DNA of 64,000 nt, taken from IMG/VR virus record IMGVR_UViG_3300042298_002704, one strand, 5' to 3'. Below the pieces are notes generated by a model. It made no database searches. It was not told the origin of the DNA and saw nothing but the letters and a program-made list of their open reading frames with translations. The DNA is from a virus. Taxonomy: Duplodnaviria > Heunggongvirae > Uroviricota > Caudoviricetes. A program made the translations under genes and the position numbers. Positions 28,040 through 37,192 of this stretch are shown one piece after another; positions within the stretch are counted from its first letter, which is position 1; each line of letters begins with the position of its first letter.

Positions 28040-28441
28040 TTAAATGAACACAACTTCTTTACCCAACTTTTCTGCATAACGTTTCGTACTTTCATATAAT
28101 GGTTTCCAAGATTTACTTTCAGGTTCATAACCAATAAAAAGTTTATCACAATTCCTTACTAAAATTCTGTATCTGTCAATAAGTTGGGTCGGATGAAATC
28201 CTTTATTGAAATATTCCTCTTTTAAAAATGAGTACATATTCCAGCCTGTATAACTTGGATTATATTCTTGGTAATCAAACTCAAATAGAAGAGCATATTT
28301 TTTTACGTCATATTCAATTCCAGTTTTATTTCCACCACTCAAAATTATTGCATTTTTTTCTTCTTGTCGAACCTTAAACAATAATTCTTTAACTGTTTTG
28401 GTTTTTTGGCAAGTTTCCGGACCAATAATAGCAATTTTCAT
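28040..28441 (-). CDS. SLOG-family (DUF2493/YspA-like) protein
   Basis: MKIAIIGP...IILSGGNKTGIEYDVKKYA...RYRILVRNCDKL...STKRYAEKLGKEV. Confidence 0.6.
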   Translation of the reverse strand: MKIAIIGPETCQKTKTVKELLFKVRQEEKNAIILSGGNKTGIEYDVKKYALLFEFDYQEYNPSYTGWNMYSFLKEEYFNKGFHPTQLIDRYRILVRNCDKLFIGYEPESKSWKPLYESTKRYAEKLGKEVVFI

Positions 28442-29385
28442 TCTTCAATTCTATTTTCTGGTGGACAAAGTTCAAAGTTATCCTTAAATTCACAAAAACG
28501 ACAATTAAAACATCCTTTACCAGCCTTTGCAGTATAATTAATGAGTTTATTGTAACTTCCATCCGGAAGGAAACAACTATTTACAAATGCCTCAAATGTT
28601 TTCAAGGTTCTATTATACGAAACTTTACCTTGTGAGGGTTTAAATTGTTGAATTCTTCGTTGAGGCCATGCCGAATCCAGATCAACTTTACGTTTTAAAA
28701 TGACAAACTCAACTTCAATCTGGTCAATCGGAACATTATACTGCTTTGAAAAATAAAGTTTATAAAGTAGAAGTTGGTCTATTTTAGTCTGGTCATCCTT
28801 ATCCCATTTAGTCCAACCTTTTGTTGAAGTCTTCAAATCCCAAATATAAAACTTGGGTTCGTTTTTGTGCTTAAAAACCACATCCAAAAACCCCATCAAC
28901 AAGACATTTGGTTTATCCTCAACAGGCGGAATTAAAATGGGAAGTTCAGTTCCGGCTAACTCCCAATTTTTCCTATCAAAATAAACTTTACGCTTTTTCC
29001 GTAAATAATTCAATGTTTCCAACCCATCCAAATAGAATTCTGTCAATTGTTCTTTGGATGAAAAATGTTGTTGGTATTTTTCTACATCGGCAGCATAATT
29101 TTGTTTTAATTGTTCCATTAAAAGTTTATCAAATTCCAAAGAATCTGCCTTTTTAACGGTTTCCAAAAACATCAACTGAACATAATGTTGGATGATGTTG
29201 TGCATTGAATTACCAAATACAGTATGAATTGAGGGTTCATCTTTTTTAATTCTATCCGCATACTTCAATTTCCATCGAAGGGGACATTTTTGGTAAGTCG
29301 AAAATTGCGTGTAACTGATGTAAGTTGAGTTTTCTGGTTTATTTGGTGTTTGGGAAAATTCTTTACTTACAAATGTTGCTTTCAC
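28438..29385 (-). CDS. PD-(D/E)XK exonuclease (Cas4/RecB-like, Fe-S)
   Basis: SYTQFSTYQKCP, GNSMH, GFLDVV, WDLKTS, QLLLY, CFNCRFC; GTG start. Confidence 0.88.
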   Translation of the reverse strand: MKATFVSKEFSQTPNKPENSTYISYTQFSTYQKCPLRWKLKYADRIKKDEPSIHTVFGNSMHNIIQHYVQLMFLETVKKADSLEFDKLLMEQLKQNYAADVEKYQQHFSSKEQLTEFYLDGLETLNYLRKKRKVYFDRKNWELAGTELPILIPPVEDKPNVLLMGFLDVVFKHKNEPKFYIWDLKTSTKGWTKWDKDDQTKIDQLLLYKLYFSKQYNVPIDQIEVEFVILKRKVDLDSAWPQRRIQQFKPSQGKVSYNRTLKTFEAFVNSCFLPDGSYNKLINYTAKAGKGCFNCRFCEFKDNFELCPPENRIEE

Positions 29386-29519
29386 TTCTTTAAAAATTTA
29401 ACAAAATCGCCCACTGCTGCAAAAATAATGAAGCATAGAAAAACGATTCCCATTAACGTTATAATATTCAATAAATGGTTCATTACTCGAACCTCGGTAT
29501 GTTTGTAATATTGGTATTC

Positions 29520-29960
29520 TTAGAGTCCAAAATCACTTTTGAGTTGTTTATCCATAAAACCACAACCATGAAGATACTCCTTTATTTCTTCTTTTGAGGT
29601 TATTTCCAAATAATCATCAACTTCACGCTCACTTAGTTGTAAACGTTCCGATAAAAATTTCAATAAAGTTCCGTGTTTTGAATCAAGTTCTTTTTGTGAT
29701 TTAATATATTTGACAAAGAACTTTTGTTTTGGAAGTAAATCCAAGTAAAAGTTATAATATTGCTCATTAGTCATTAAATCAGTCTTAGGTTGGAAATATG
29801 CAATTATATCCAAATAATCCTTTGACATAGAAAACCATCTATTCATCATAAATGGTTGAACCTTTTTCTGATCACTTTCAGTTTGTTCTTTCCACGGAAC
29901 TTTATTGAAGGTTATATCATTTAATAAATCAAAGATTGTCTTTTGTTTCAACGCTATCAA
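29520..29960 (-). CDS. Clamp loader small subunit (T4 gp62-like)
   Basis: IFDLLNDIT...PFMMNRWFS...QYYNFYLDLLPKQKFFVKYIK. Confidence 0.75.
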   Translation of the reverse strand: MIALKQKTIFDLLNDITFNKVPWKEQTESDQKKVQPFMMNRWFSMSKDYLDIIAYFQPKTDLMTNEQYYNFYLDLLPKQKFFVKYIKSQKELDSKHGTLLKFLSERLQLSEREVDDYLEITSKEEIKEYLHGCGFMDKQLKSDFGL

Positions 29961-30222
29961 ATTTAAAAGTTACATCAACTTCTGAACTTCCGTGACTTTT
30001 CTTTGGTTTAACCTCAGCCTTAACGCCTCTATCTTCAAGTTCTTTTTTAAGCGAACTTGCAAATTCAACAACTTCTGGTTCAATGGTTTCGGGTTGTGGG
30101 TTATATTCTTCAAAGAATTGTTCACGGCTTTCAATCGCTAAACGTTTCCATTCCCATTCAGTAATAATTTCGCCCTTTGAATGACGTTTCCATCCTCTTT
30201 TACAGATGTACTGTTTTGACAT
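29929..30222 (-). CDS. Hypothetical protein (97 aa)
   Basis: ORF in operon-like packing. Confidence 0.55.
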   Translation of the reverse strand: MSKQYICKRGWKRHSKGEIITEWEWKRLAIESREQFFEEYNPQPETIEPEVVEFASSLKKELEDRGVKAEVKPKKSHGSSEVDVTFKFDSVETKDNL

Positions 30223-30234
30223 TTTATTTTCCTC

Positions 30235-30426
30235 TTATTTTAATGGTAATATTTCTATTGTATTATTGTGTTCAACTGGAATGAATAAAAATGTTAATTT
30301 ATTCATTTGCTCATTTTGCTCGGAATTATTAAAAATGAATGTTTGTTTGAAAAAATTAATATGTTCAACCCATTTTTCTTTTTCAATATTTCTAACATCA
30401 ACTTTAACAATAATAATGGTTTTCAT
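30235..30426 (-). CDS. Hypothetical protein (63 aa)
   Basis: ORF in operon-like packing. Confidence 0.5.
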   Translation of the reverse strand: MKTIIIVKVDVRNIEKEKWVEHINFFKQTFIFNNSEQNEQMNKLTFLFIPVEHNNTIEILPLK

Positions 30427-30433
30427 AGTTTTT

Positions 30434-30724
30434 TTAAGTTAGTTTAATTTTTGAATCAGGTTGTTTAGTTATTCCCAATGCTTCTTCAACATCTTGCATT
30501 CCTTCTGGAAACATTTCCAACAATGGCATTTGACAATCTTGACAACGGAAGGCTTGTACTGGAAAAATCGTATCTTGTGGCTGGCCGGTAACAAATCTTG
30601 AAATTTTTCGCAATAAAACTGATGGTTCAAAAAAGAATCCTTCACAATTGGAACATTTAATTCCGGTACTTTTCTGCATTGCGCCCAATAACTGGGCATT
30701 CATTTGTTCTGGTGTTGGTTGCAT
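30434..30724 (-). CDS. Zinc-ribbon hypothetical protein
   Basis: CSNC...CQDC. Confidence 0.65.
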   Translation of the reverse strand: MQPTPEQMNAQLLGAMQKSTGIKCSNCEGFFFEPSVLLRKISRFVTGQPQDTIFPVQAFRCQDCQMPLLEMFPEGMQDVEEALGITKQPDSKIKLT

Positions 30725-30979
30725 TTATATCCTATTTTTTAGTTCTTCTAATTTGTCAGTTATATCCAAAATTTCCATTGTTTCAAAATTAGTAAAATAA
30801 ACTTTTGGTTCATCAAATCTATCGTCATATTTAAGAACGTATTCCCATTTTTCCAAAAAATCTTCACGTTCATTTCGCTGATAATTCATGATATAAGGTT
30901 CTTTTCTCGGATCCACTGCGTATTTAAATCCGAAGTCTCCTTGTAGATACATATTTGTTACGATCGTATATTGTCTCAT
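30725..30979 (-). CDS. Hypothetical protein (84 aa)
   Basis: ORF abutting neighbours. Confidence 0.55.
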   Translation of the reverse strand: MRQYTIVTNMYLQGDFGFKYAVDPRKEPYIMNYQRNEREDFLEKWEYVLKYDDRFDEPKVYFTNFETMEILDITDKLEELKNRI

Positions 30980-30982
30980 TTT

Positions 30983-31225
30983 CTAAAATTGAATTATTTC
31001 GGGTTCTTTGGGAATCTCCATGACCCAATTACTACTATTAAAAGAAATTGTCGCCATCGTAGTGGTTGAAAGTAACTTTTTATGCGAACAATTATTACAT
31101 TGAATCCAATGATGTGTGAGTTTGTAACCAGTAGTCGTTTCAATTTCGTCTGAATTAAATTCGTGAAATTCAAATGACAAACATTTAGAACATTGCTGTT
31201 TAGGTGAATTGTTATACACGACCAT
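30983..31225 (-). CDS. Zinc-ribbon hypothetical protein
   Basis: CSKC...CNNC. Confidence 0.55.
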   Translation of the reverse strand: MVVYNNSPKQQCSKCLSFEFHEFNSDEIETTTGYKLTHHWIQCNNCSHKKLLSTTTMATISFNSSNWVMEIPKEPEIIQF

Positions 31226-31226
31226 T

Positions 31227-32165
31227 TTATTCCTTTATTTCCATTAAAATATTAATAATCATCGCCATAACTTGAATTTCTTGGTCAACTACTTGGTTTG
31301 ACCTAAATTGGTGTTCAGCAAGTTGAATAATTACACCGCTTCTTTTTCCGTTAGGAGCAAAATCATTCATGTTATCAAATAAGTATCGGAACAATTCAGT
31401 AAAGTCCCGAACCTTTGCATCCGCAATTATTTGTCTGATATTTTTGAAAATGACATCTGCGGGTCTATCCAAATTTTTAAGTTCTTCCAAAATTGCTGAA
31501 CAATAATCATTCGTTGTCATGTTATCGTTGTTATAAATCAATGTCCCTTTTCTGGAATTGATATAACAATATTGCAACATAGCACGTTGATCTGGGTAAT
31601 ATTTTTTTATGATATTGACCAAATCCTTTTTATCATATTGAACCTTTTCAATATCTAAAATCCTACATAAGTTTTCAAGAATTTTAAGTGGAGGCGGAGA
31701 TTGAATTAAAAAAGGATGACATCGGGAAATAATTGATGGTAAAAATTTGTCTATGTAGTTTCCCGTAAGGAAGAACCGGGTATTTGCCGATTTTTCTTCA
31801 ATTACTGCATTAAGTGCTGATTGTGCTTGGCGACCAAACCCACTAAATTCATCAAGTATAATGATTTTCCACCGCTTAAATGATGCAGTAGCAGCAATTC
31901 GTTTAACTTTATCTCTAACTGTATCAATTGAATTTTCATCACTGGCGTTGATATATGTTACATCAGCATCCAGCATTTTAGCAATCAATTTACACGCACT
32001 TGTCTTTCCTGTTCCGCTTTTTTCGGAGTACAATATCAAATTCGGAACATCATCTGTTTCAATCCAACCTTTAACTTTTTCAATAAAATCGTCGTTACCA
32101 ACATATTCATCCAAGGTTTTAGGACGATATTTTTCTGGCCACCAAGTATTTTCAAGTTTACTCAT
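31227..32165 (-). CDS. Clamp loader large subunit (T4 gp44/RFC-like AAA+ ATPase)
   Basis: WPEKYRPKTLDEYVG, SGTGKTS (Walker A), INASDE, IIILDEF (Walker B), IISRC (SRC motif). Confidence 0.95.
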   Translation of the reverse strand: MSKLENTWWPEKYRPKTLDEYVGNDDFIEKVKGWIETDDVPNLILYSEKSGTGKTSACKLIAKMLDADVTYINASDENSIDTVRDKVKRIAATASFKRWKIIILDEFSGFGRQAQSALNAVIEEKSANTRFFLTGNYIDKFLPSIISRCHPFLIQSPPPLKILENLCRILDIEKVQYDKKDLVNIIKKYYPDQRAMLQYCYINSRKGTLIYNNDNMTTNDYCSAILEELKNLDRPADVIFKNIRQIIADAKVRDFTELFRYLFDNMNDFAPNGKRSGVIIQLAEHQFRSNQVVDQEIQVMAMIINILMEIKE

Positions 32166-33228
32166 TCAAAAGTTTATTTATTTCAATTAAAAATTTATCG
32201 TTACTGTAATATTTTTTTCCCATTTTTTCTGCGTCCTTAATCACTCTTTCCTTCCAACTTTCGTAATTGCTTATCCTATCCATAAAAAAGTTCAGCATCT
32301 CCATTCTATGACGCATTAACGAAATCATGTTATTTCTTTTTACTATGTTTATTTTTGGGATTAAATAATCTTCGTGAAAGAAGATTTGATAAAGATGTCT
32401 TTTTTGTAGAAAAGGAACTACACCGTGTAACATTGCTTCGTATATAAAAACAGGATCATGTTCAATTTCTTTGGCACTAAACATGAATTTTGCAACTTTG
32501 AAAAGTTCAGTATATTTTTCTCTATCCTTATACTGGAACTTATGTGAATAAGTATCCAAGAAAGAATAATTTAAATGATGATCCGCTTTTATTGACTTCC
32601 AAACTCGGGATTGAATTTCATCTTTGATTGGCCAAGGATTGAATATGATGTTTTCTTTTGTTCCTTGTTGAACCTTTTCCTTCAAATATCCAAACGGGTA
32701 GCCAGTTACAATTCCCTTATCCTTTACACTTTGATGTCTACGCGAAAACATTTGATGGTGTTCTTCACAAAGAAAACAATTCAAATCGTAAGTTTTGAAC
32801 AAGGACATTTCAAAATTATAGCCTCCACTATTCTTATCCTTCAATCTATTTGTCAGCGGGGAAAGTTTATTAAAAATACTATTTCCCCAAAACCCAACCA
32901 TCTTAAAATCAATTCTGTATTCCTCTCGAAAAAACGACAACGGAATAGCAACAAAGTTCCAAGCATTTGCAAATATAAAAACATCGCCTCTCTTAACCTC
33001 ATTATTTGCAAATAAATCCAATACCGATTTCATTTGTTTGTGTTTGAAACTTAAATCGGTATAAAGATATGATTCATGACTGATATATTGTCCGTCGATA
33101 ATTCGGACGTTGTACTCTTGAAAGTCTTTACTTTTTAGGAAACACTCTCGCCAGTAAACGTCCGAAAAATCGTTAATTGGACTGTAATCAGTTAAAATCC
33201 ATAATGTTCGCTTAGTCAGCCCGATCAC
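32158..33228 (-). CDS. Phage GT-B glycosyltransferase-like protein
   Basis: VKRGDVFIFANAW, IVTGYP, AKFMFSAKEIEHDPVFIYEAMLHG (E-x7-E). Confidence 0.6.
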   Translation of the reverse strand: MIGLTKRTLWILTDYSPINDFSDVYWRECFLKSKDFQEYNVRIIDGQYISHESYLYTDLSFKHKQMKSVLDLFANNEVKRGDVFIFANAWNFVAIPLSFFREEYRIDFKMVGFWGNSIFNKLSPLTNRLKDKNSGGYNFEMSLFKTYDLNCFLCEEHHQMFSRRHQSVKDKGIVTGYPFGYLKEKVQQGTKENIIFNPWPIKDEIQSRVWKSIKADHHLNYSFLDTYSHKFQYKDREKYTELFKVAKFMFSAKEIEHDPVFIYEAMLHGVVPFLQKRHLYQIFFHEDYLIPKINIVKRNNMISLMRHRMEMLNFFMDRISNYESWKERVIKDAEKMGKKYYSNDKFLIEINKLLNE

Positions 33229-33427
33229 TACTTGCCAATACTTTGATTACCTTTGTTTCACTTACAGAAATGAGTTCCCAATCAAAGTTTACACCAAAGT
33301 ATTCTTTGGTCACGGTTGCTTCTACTTCTGTCACCGATTCGGCATCAACCAGAAAAACTTCCGTAGATTTCTTAATTTTACCTTTGTCGTCTTCCTGTTT
33401 AACTTTTACTTTTGCTTGATAAAACAT
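33212..33427 (-). CDS. DUF4494-family protein (Bacteroidota-type)
   Basis: FYQAKVK...GKIKKSTEVFLVDAESVTEVEA...ISVSETKVIKV. Confidence 0.8.
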   Translation of the reverse strand: MFYQAKVKVKQEDDKGKIKKSTEVFLVDAESVTEVEATVTKEYFGVNFDWELISVSETKVIKVLASSDRAD

Positions 33428-33445
33428 AATTTTAAATTGTTTTGG

Positions 33446-33940
33446 TTAAATAATATTTCGTTTTTTTAATAAAGAAACTTCCTCAACAGTTAATTCTGAA
33501 ATTGGTTTCTGCTTTAAATATTGAATTTTTTCATTTTCATCTTTGTTGTTTTCTTGAAATTTGATCTCGCTTTCATAGTCGCGTCGAACGACAGTTTCAA
33601 AATTGATTAATTTTTCTTCCGTTATATCACTCATTTTAATTCTAATATATTCAGAACAATAATCATAATCAAGAATTAAATACAACTCATCGTCAAACTC
33701 ACATTTGATATAAAAATCATATTCATCTATATATTTTTTAAACAAATAAGGCTGAACTATCATATATCCGCCCTTGGCGTCTGGAATTAACCCAGTATCT
33801 TCTCGATATTCTTCAACCGCAAATTCCTTTAAATTGGTCACTCGTCCCAATAGTTTCCAGCCGTATTTTTCAAACAACTGAAAATTTAAATTTGAAATAT
33901 CGACAGTTTTTGGTCGTTTTGATTTAAATAAATTGAACAT
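33446..33940 (-). CDS. Hypothetical protein (164 aa)
   Basis: ORF in operon-like packing. Confidence 0.6.
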   Translation of the reverse strand: MFNLFKSKRPKTVDISNLNFQLFEKYGWKLLGRVTNLKEFAVEEYREDTGLIPDAKGGYMIVQPYLFKKYIDEYDFYIKCEFDDELYLILDYDYCSEYIRIKMSDITEEKLINFETVVRRDYESEIKFQENNKDENEKIQYLKQKPISELTVEEVSLLKKRNII

Positions 33941-34070
33941 TATATTTTGGTTAAAAATTTTGTTTTAAATAATTGTAAAACTTCATTATGACCCAGTATA
34001 AAGGTCAATATATTTGGATGTTGTTCTCCGCAACAACCGATTAGATGTGAACAGTTATGGATTAATTCAA

Positions 34071-34355
34071 TCATTTTACCCATTCGTTAAAAGCGTTATT
34101 GTAAGCCTCGATAACATCAATAGTCGGATCGTCACTAATCATTCTTTCGGCAAACATTTCAACTTCACCTCGTAAGCCCCATCTGTCGGCTTCTAAAAGG
34201 ATTTCTTCAATTTGATGTTGAACTGTTAACACGAGTTCAGTTTCGATTTCAAAGTCTTTGTCTTTCATAAGTTCGTTTTAGTATTCGTTACGAGTAGGAG
34301 TTCCGTGATGACCTAAGAGTTCATCCTTTACTTCGTCAAGTGTGTATGATTTCAT
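34071..34355 (-). pseudogene. 94-codon frame interrupted by an in-frame TAA at 34278-34280; the distal 65 aa form the ORF-track entry
   Basis: MKSYTLDEVKDELLGHHGTPTRNEY*NELMKDKDFEIE... in a single frame. Confidence 0.5.
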
Positions 34356-35064
34356 TTGGTATTTGTAAGTTTAAACGGTTACAGGATTCTTTAAATTTGG
34401 CCTCTATTTCGCCTTTGGTTGGACGTGAACGTACTTGTGCGTACAAAGACTCAAACGTCATACAATAGTTGTTTAGATTCAAAATTTGAAGCACTTCCGA
34501 AGGTTCATTTGTTAGAAAGGTTTGTTTGATTATTTTGGGATTTTTTAAAATACCACCTTTAACAGTTAATAAAGTCTTTTCTGTCCGTACTAAACCTTTA
34601 TGTGGAACGATACTTAGTTGTTCGAATCTGAAATCGTTTATCGATTTTCGAGTTTCAACAATGGAAATATCACTCAAAAGCATATTTCGATAAGTTCCCT
34701 TATATTTACTTTCGCCATCCATAAGGTTGGGAGAATAATAAATGAATTTGCTCCATTCCAAATTATCAGTGAACATTAAATCGACCTGAACAATTTGTTC
34801 TTTAAAAGAAACTCCGATTGAAATGATATTAAAACCACTTTGAACTTTGAATTCGATTTGATTTTTAGTTAAAATACGAATTACTTGTTCAAAGTCACCA
34901 ATTACGGCAATATCAACATCATTACTTTCAAGTTTCTTTCCAAACGAACCAATATAACAATAATCCTTTATATTAAATCCTCTAATTAAACCAGTATGGA
35001 TGAATTGCTTGAATTCGACTTGGTCTTCTAATTTTATTGGGGTTGAACTTTTAATTGCTTTCAT
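34336..35064 (-). CDS. Pol-beta-fold nucleotidyltransferase-like protein
   Basis: YIGSFGKKLESNDVDIAV (hGS...DxD) and third Asp in VQVDLMF. Confidence 0.7.
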   Translation of the reverse strand: MKAIKSSTPIKLEDQVEFKQFIHTGLIRGFNIKDYCYIGSFGKKLESNDVDIAVIGDFEQVIRILTKNQIEFKVQSGFNIISIGVSFKEQIVQVDLMFTDNLEWSKFIYYSPNLMDGESKYKGTYRNMLLSDISIVETRKSINDFRFEQLSIVPHKGLVRTEKTLLTVKGGILKNPKIIKQTFLTNEPSEVLQILNLNNYCMTFESLYAQVRSRPTKGEIEAKFKESCNRLNLQIPNEIIHT

Positions 35065-35216
35065 AATGCTTTATACAAGTTTGAAAATGAAAATATTTTT
35101 AAGCAATACCAAAATGAATTACTCAACCGAGACGCAACCATCATATTTGGACCGCCAGATTTTCGTAATATTGCCGAATACCATTGACCGTTGATTTTAT
35201 GGAATTTAAATCTCAT
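35061..35216 (-). CDS. Small hypothetical protein (51 aa), not in ORF track
   Basis: MRFKFHKINGQWYSAILRKSGG...LYKAL; ATGA overlap at its end. Confidence 0.45.
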   Translation of the reverse strand: MRFKFHKINGQWYSAILRKSGGPNMMVASRLSNSFWYCLKIFSFSNLYKAL

Positions 35217-35589
35217 CTTCTAATAGTTCTGGATTTTCGTAAATGTTTCCGATTATGTCATAACAATTTATATCTTCAATAATTTCATTCAAATATAACC
35301 AAGTGTTTGATTTCGTGTCAGTAATTGTGAACGAAAATAATATATCATCCCACGAAACGATGTGACTATGTTCGCTCATATCATTAAAAACGATATCGCC
35401 TTCATAAATTTCTTTTTCGTTTTTATCTTTTAGACCAGTGTATTGCTGTAAAATAACATCTTTATAAACACCATTAACATAATGTTGACCCTTAATTGAA
35501 ATTAGCATATCAACTCCCGAATCAAAATCACTTTTAGGATAAATCATTTTATCATCCAACCAAACTCTAAATTTAATTTCCCTATTCAT
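35206..35589 (-). CDS. YopX-family protein
   Basis: MNREIKFRVW, QQYTGLKDKNEKEIYEGDI, IIGNIYENPELL. Confidence 0.9.
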   Translation of the reverse strand: MNREIKFRVWLDDKMIYPKSDFDSGVDMLISIKGQHYVNGVYKDVILQQYTGLKDKNEKEIYEGDIVFNDMSEHSHIVSWDDILFSFTITDTKSNTWLYLNEIIEDINCYDIIGNIYENPELLEDEI

Positions 35590-35824
35590 GTTCTGGTAAT
35601 TGAATGTTTAGAAGTTCACCGGGTTCAAAACCAATATAACTTTCTTCGTCTGGGTTATCCGGATGAACCCAATCTGGAGTACATTCATCTTCTACAAATT
35701 TCAATACCTTTCTGGCGTAATATTCAGCGTATTCTTTCATAACATCTGATAGTGCCTCATATCCATTAATTTTAAATACATGAGGGTCAACTTTACTTTC
35801 AATCAATTCATCAATCTTACTCAT
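35582..35824 (-). CDS. Hypothetical protein, paralog of 36929..37192
   Basis: MKEYAEYYA...LPEHE shared with 36929..37192. Confidence 0.7.
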   Translation of the reverse strand: MSKIDELIESKVDPHVFKINGYEALSDVMKEYAEYYARKVLKFVEDECTPDWVHPDNPDEESYIGFEPGELLNIQLPEHE

Positions 35825-36572
35825 TTATTTCAAAACTTTTAAGGTAGTAATTTGCAGTATAATCTTCTCCTGTAAATTTAACAGCCATAACTCCCTGCAA
35901 ACTTATTGAAATACTTGCTTCTCTGTAATCAGTATTTTCAGTCAAAATAGCAACAAAATTATTACAACTGAAATACAAGGGTGAAAATTCTTCAATAATT
36001 TCAACATCAGTAACCAAAACTTTGATACTGTTGACATTTTTACCGGGTTCGTAATTTACAATAAATTCGGCAGTATTATCAAAATTATTTGGAATAACCG
36101 CAAACATTGGAGCATCCGAAAGTGCTTTTTTCGCTTTAATAAAGTTTTGAACAAAATCTTTTTTCAAAGTGAAATTAAGGTGCATTTCCGGTAAACCTTT
36201 CAAACTTGCACGTTCTTCAATTTGCTGTGGATCGGCCAAGGCAAATGTTGCTGAAATATCACTATCACTAAGTTTCAGGACATTAACATAATCCTGTTTA
36301 ACTTTTTGAAATTCCAAATTGATATCAGTTCCGAAGGCACTCAACATTGAAAGGAACTGTTTTGTATTTCCAACTACAAACTCACCATCAGGAAGTTCCA
36401 AATCTTGATCAATTACTGCTAATACGCTCTTATCTGTACTTCTGACAGTAACTTTTGCTGTTCCGTTTTCAACGTTAATTGGAACCGGGTTCCAGTCGTT
36501 TGAACTATCCTTCGTCAAGGTTCCGCCCAAATAATACTTCTGAATGAATTCTACTAAGTTTTCTTTTTTCAT
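35817..36572 (-). CDS. DNA polymerase sliding clamp (T4 gp45-like)
   Basis: 251 aa two-domain beta-rich protein (FIQKYYLGG, SATFALAD) between clamp loader and polymerase. Confidence 0.7.
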   Translation of the reverse strand: MKKENLVEFIQKYYLGGTLTKDSSNDWNPVPINVENGTAKVTVRSTDKSVLAVIDQDLELPDGEFVVGNTKQFLSMLSAFGTDINLEFQKVKQDYVNVLKLSDSDISATFALADPQQIEERASLKGLPEMHLNFTLKKDFVQNFIKAKKALSDAPMFAVIPNNFDNTAEFIVNYEPGKNVNSIKVLVTDVEIIEEFSPLYFSCNNFVAILTENTDYREASISISLQGVMAVKFTGEDYTANYYLKSFEINE

Positions 36573-36579
36573 TTAATTT

Positions 36580-36936
36580 TTATTTGTTTAATAATTCTGG
36601 ATTTTCATAAATATTTCCGATTACTTCTATTTCAGATTCTCCTGCTCGAGTTTCATATACATTCCATTTCCCCTCACATTCTAACCATTTTACTTCTTTT
36701 ATTTTAATTGGAAACTTTTCTGGGACTATATTGAATAAATGTTGCTTGTATTTTAAAATATCGCCTTCGTAAATTTCCTTACCAGTTTTATCTTTTAAAC
36801 CAGTGTATTGCTGAAATGACGGATACTCATCAAAATTTATATTATCGATTATGTAAGAAAAATCTTTAATATCAATATGATAAAGAAATCTTTTTGATAC
36901 TTGATAATATGTCCTAAATTTAATTTCTCTATTCAT
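36580..36936 (-). CDS. YopX-family protein (probable start MNREIKF at 36936)
   Basis: QQYTGLKDKTGKEIYEGDIL, VIGNIYENPELL. Confidence 0.9.
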   Translation of the reverse strand: MNREIKFRTYYQVSKRFLYHIDIKDFSYIIDNINFDEYPSFQQYTGLKDKTGKEIYEGDILKYKQHLFNIVPEKFPIKIKEVKWLECEGKWNVYETRAGESEIEVIGNIYENPELLNK

Positions 36937-37192
36937 GTTCTGGTAATTCAAGATTTATAATTGTTTCTTCATCCAAGTCCCAAGTCGGACTTTCCTCCCA
37001 ATTTTTACGCTTTCCTTTTTGATATGCAATTTCCAAACATCGTTTTGCATAATATTCTGCATATTCTTTCATTGCATTCATATAACATTCAAGTTGTATA
37101 TCATTTAATGAGGTGATATAATGTTTAAATAAAAACTTATTTAAAAGTAACTTTTCTCTTTTAAATTTTTCCTTACTTTCTTTTTGCGTCAT
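36929..37192 (-). CDS. Hypothetical protein, paralog of 35582..35824 (probable start MTQKESK)
   Basis: MKEYAEYYA...LPEHE. Confidence 0.7.
   Translation of the reverse strand: MTQKESKEKFKREKLLLNKFLFKHYITSLNDIQLECYMNAMKEYAEYYAKRCLEIAYQKGKRKNWEESPTWDLDEETIINLELPEHE

Larger units (their letters stand above)
35206..37192 (-). repeat. Direct duplication of a two-gene module (PEHE-ending protein + YopX) flanking the clamp gene
   Basis: ctaaatttaatttc(c/t)ctattcatgttctggtaatt at about 35567 and 36914; same 8-nt ATGAATAG gene overlap in both copies. Confidence 0.8.

Noticed and set aside
27829-28149. 106-aa minus-strand ORF
   Set aside because: Overlaps the SLOG gene by 110 nt and the next gene by 53 nt; at most the distal 60-70 codons may be real, so it is not listed
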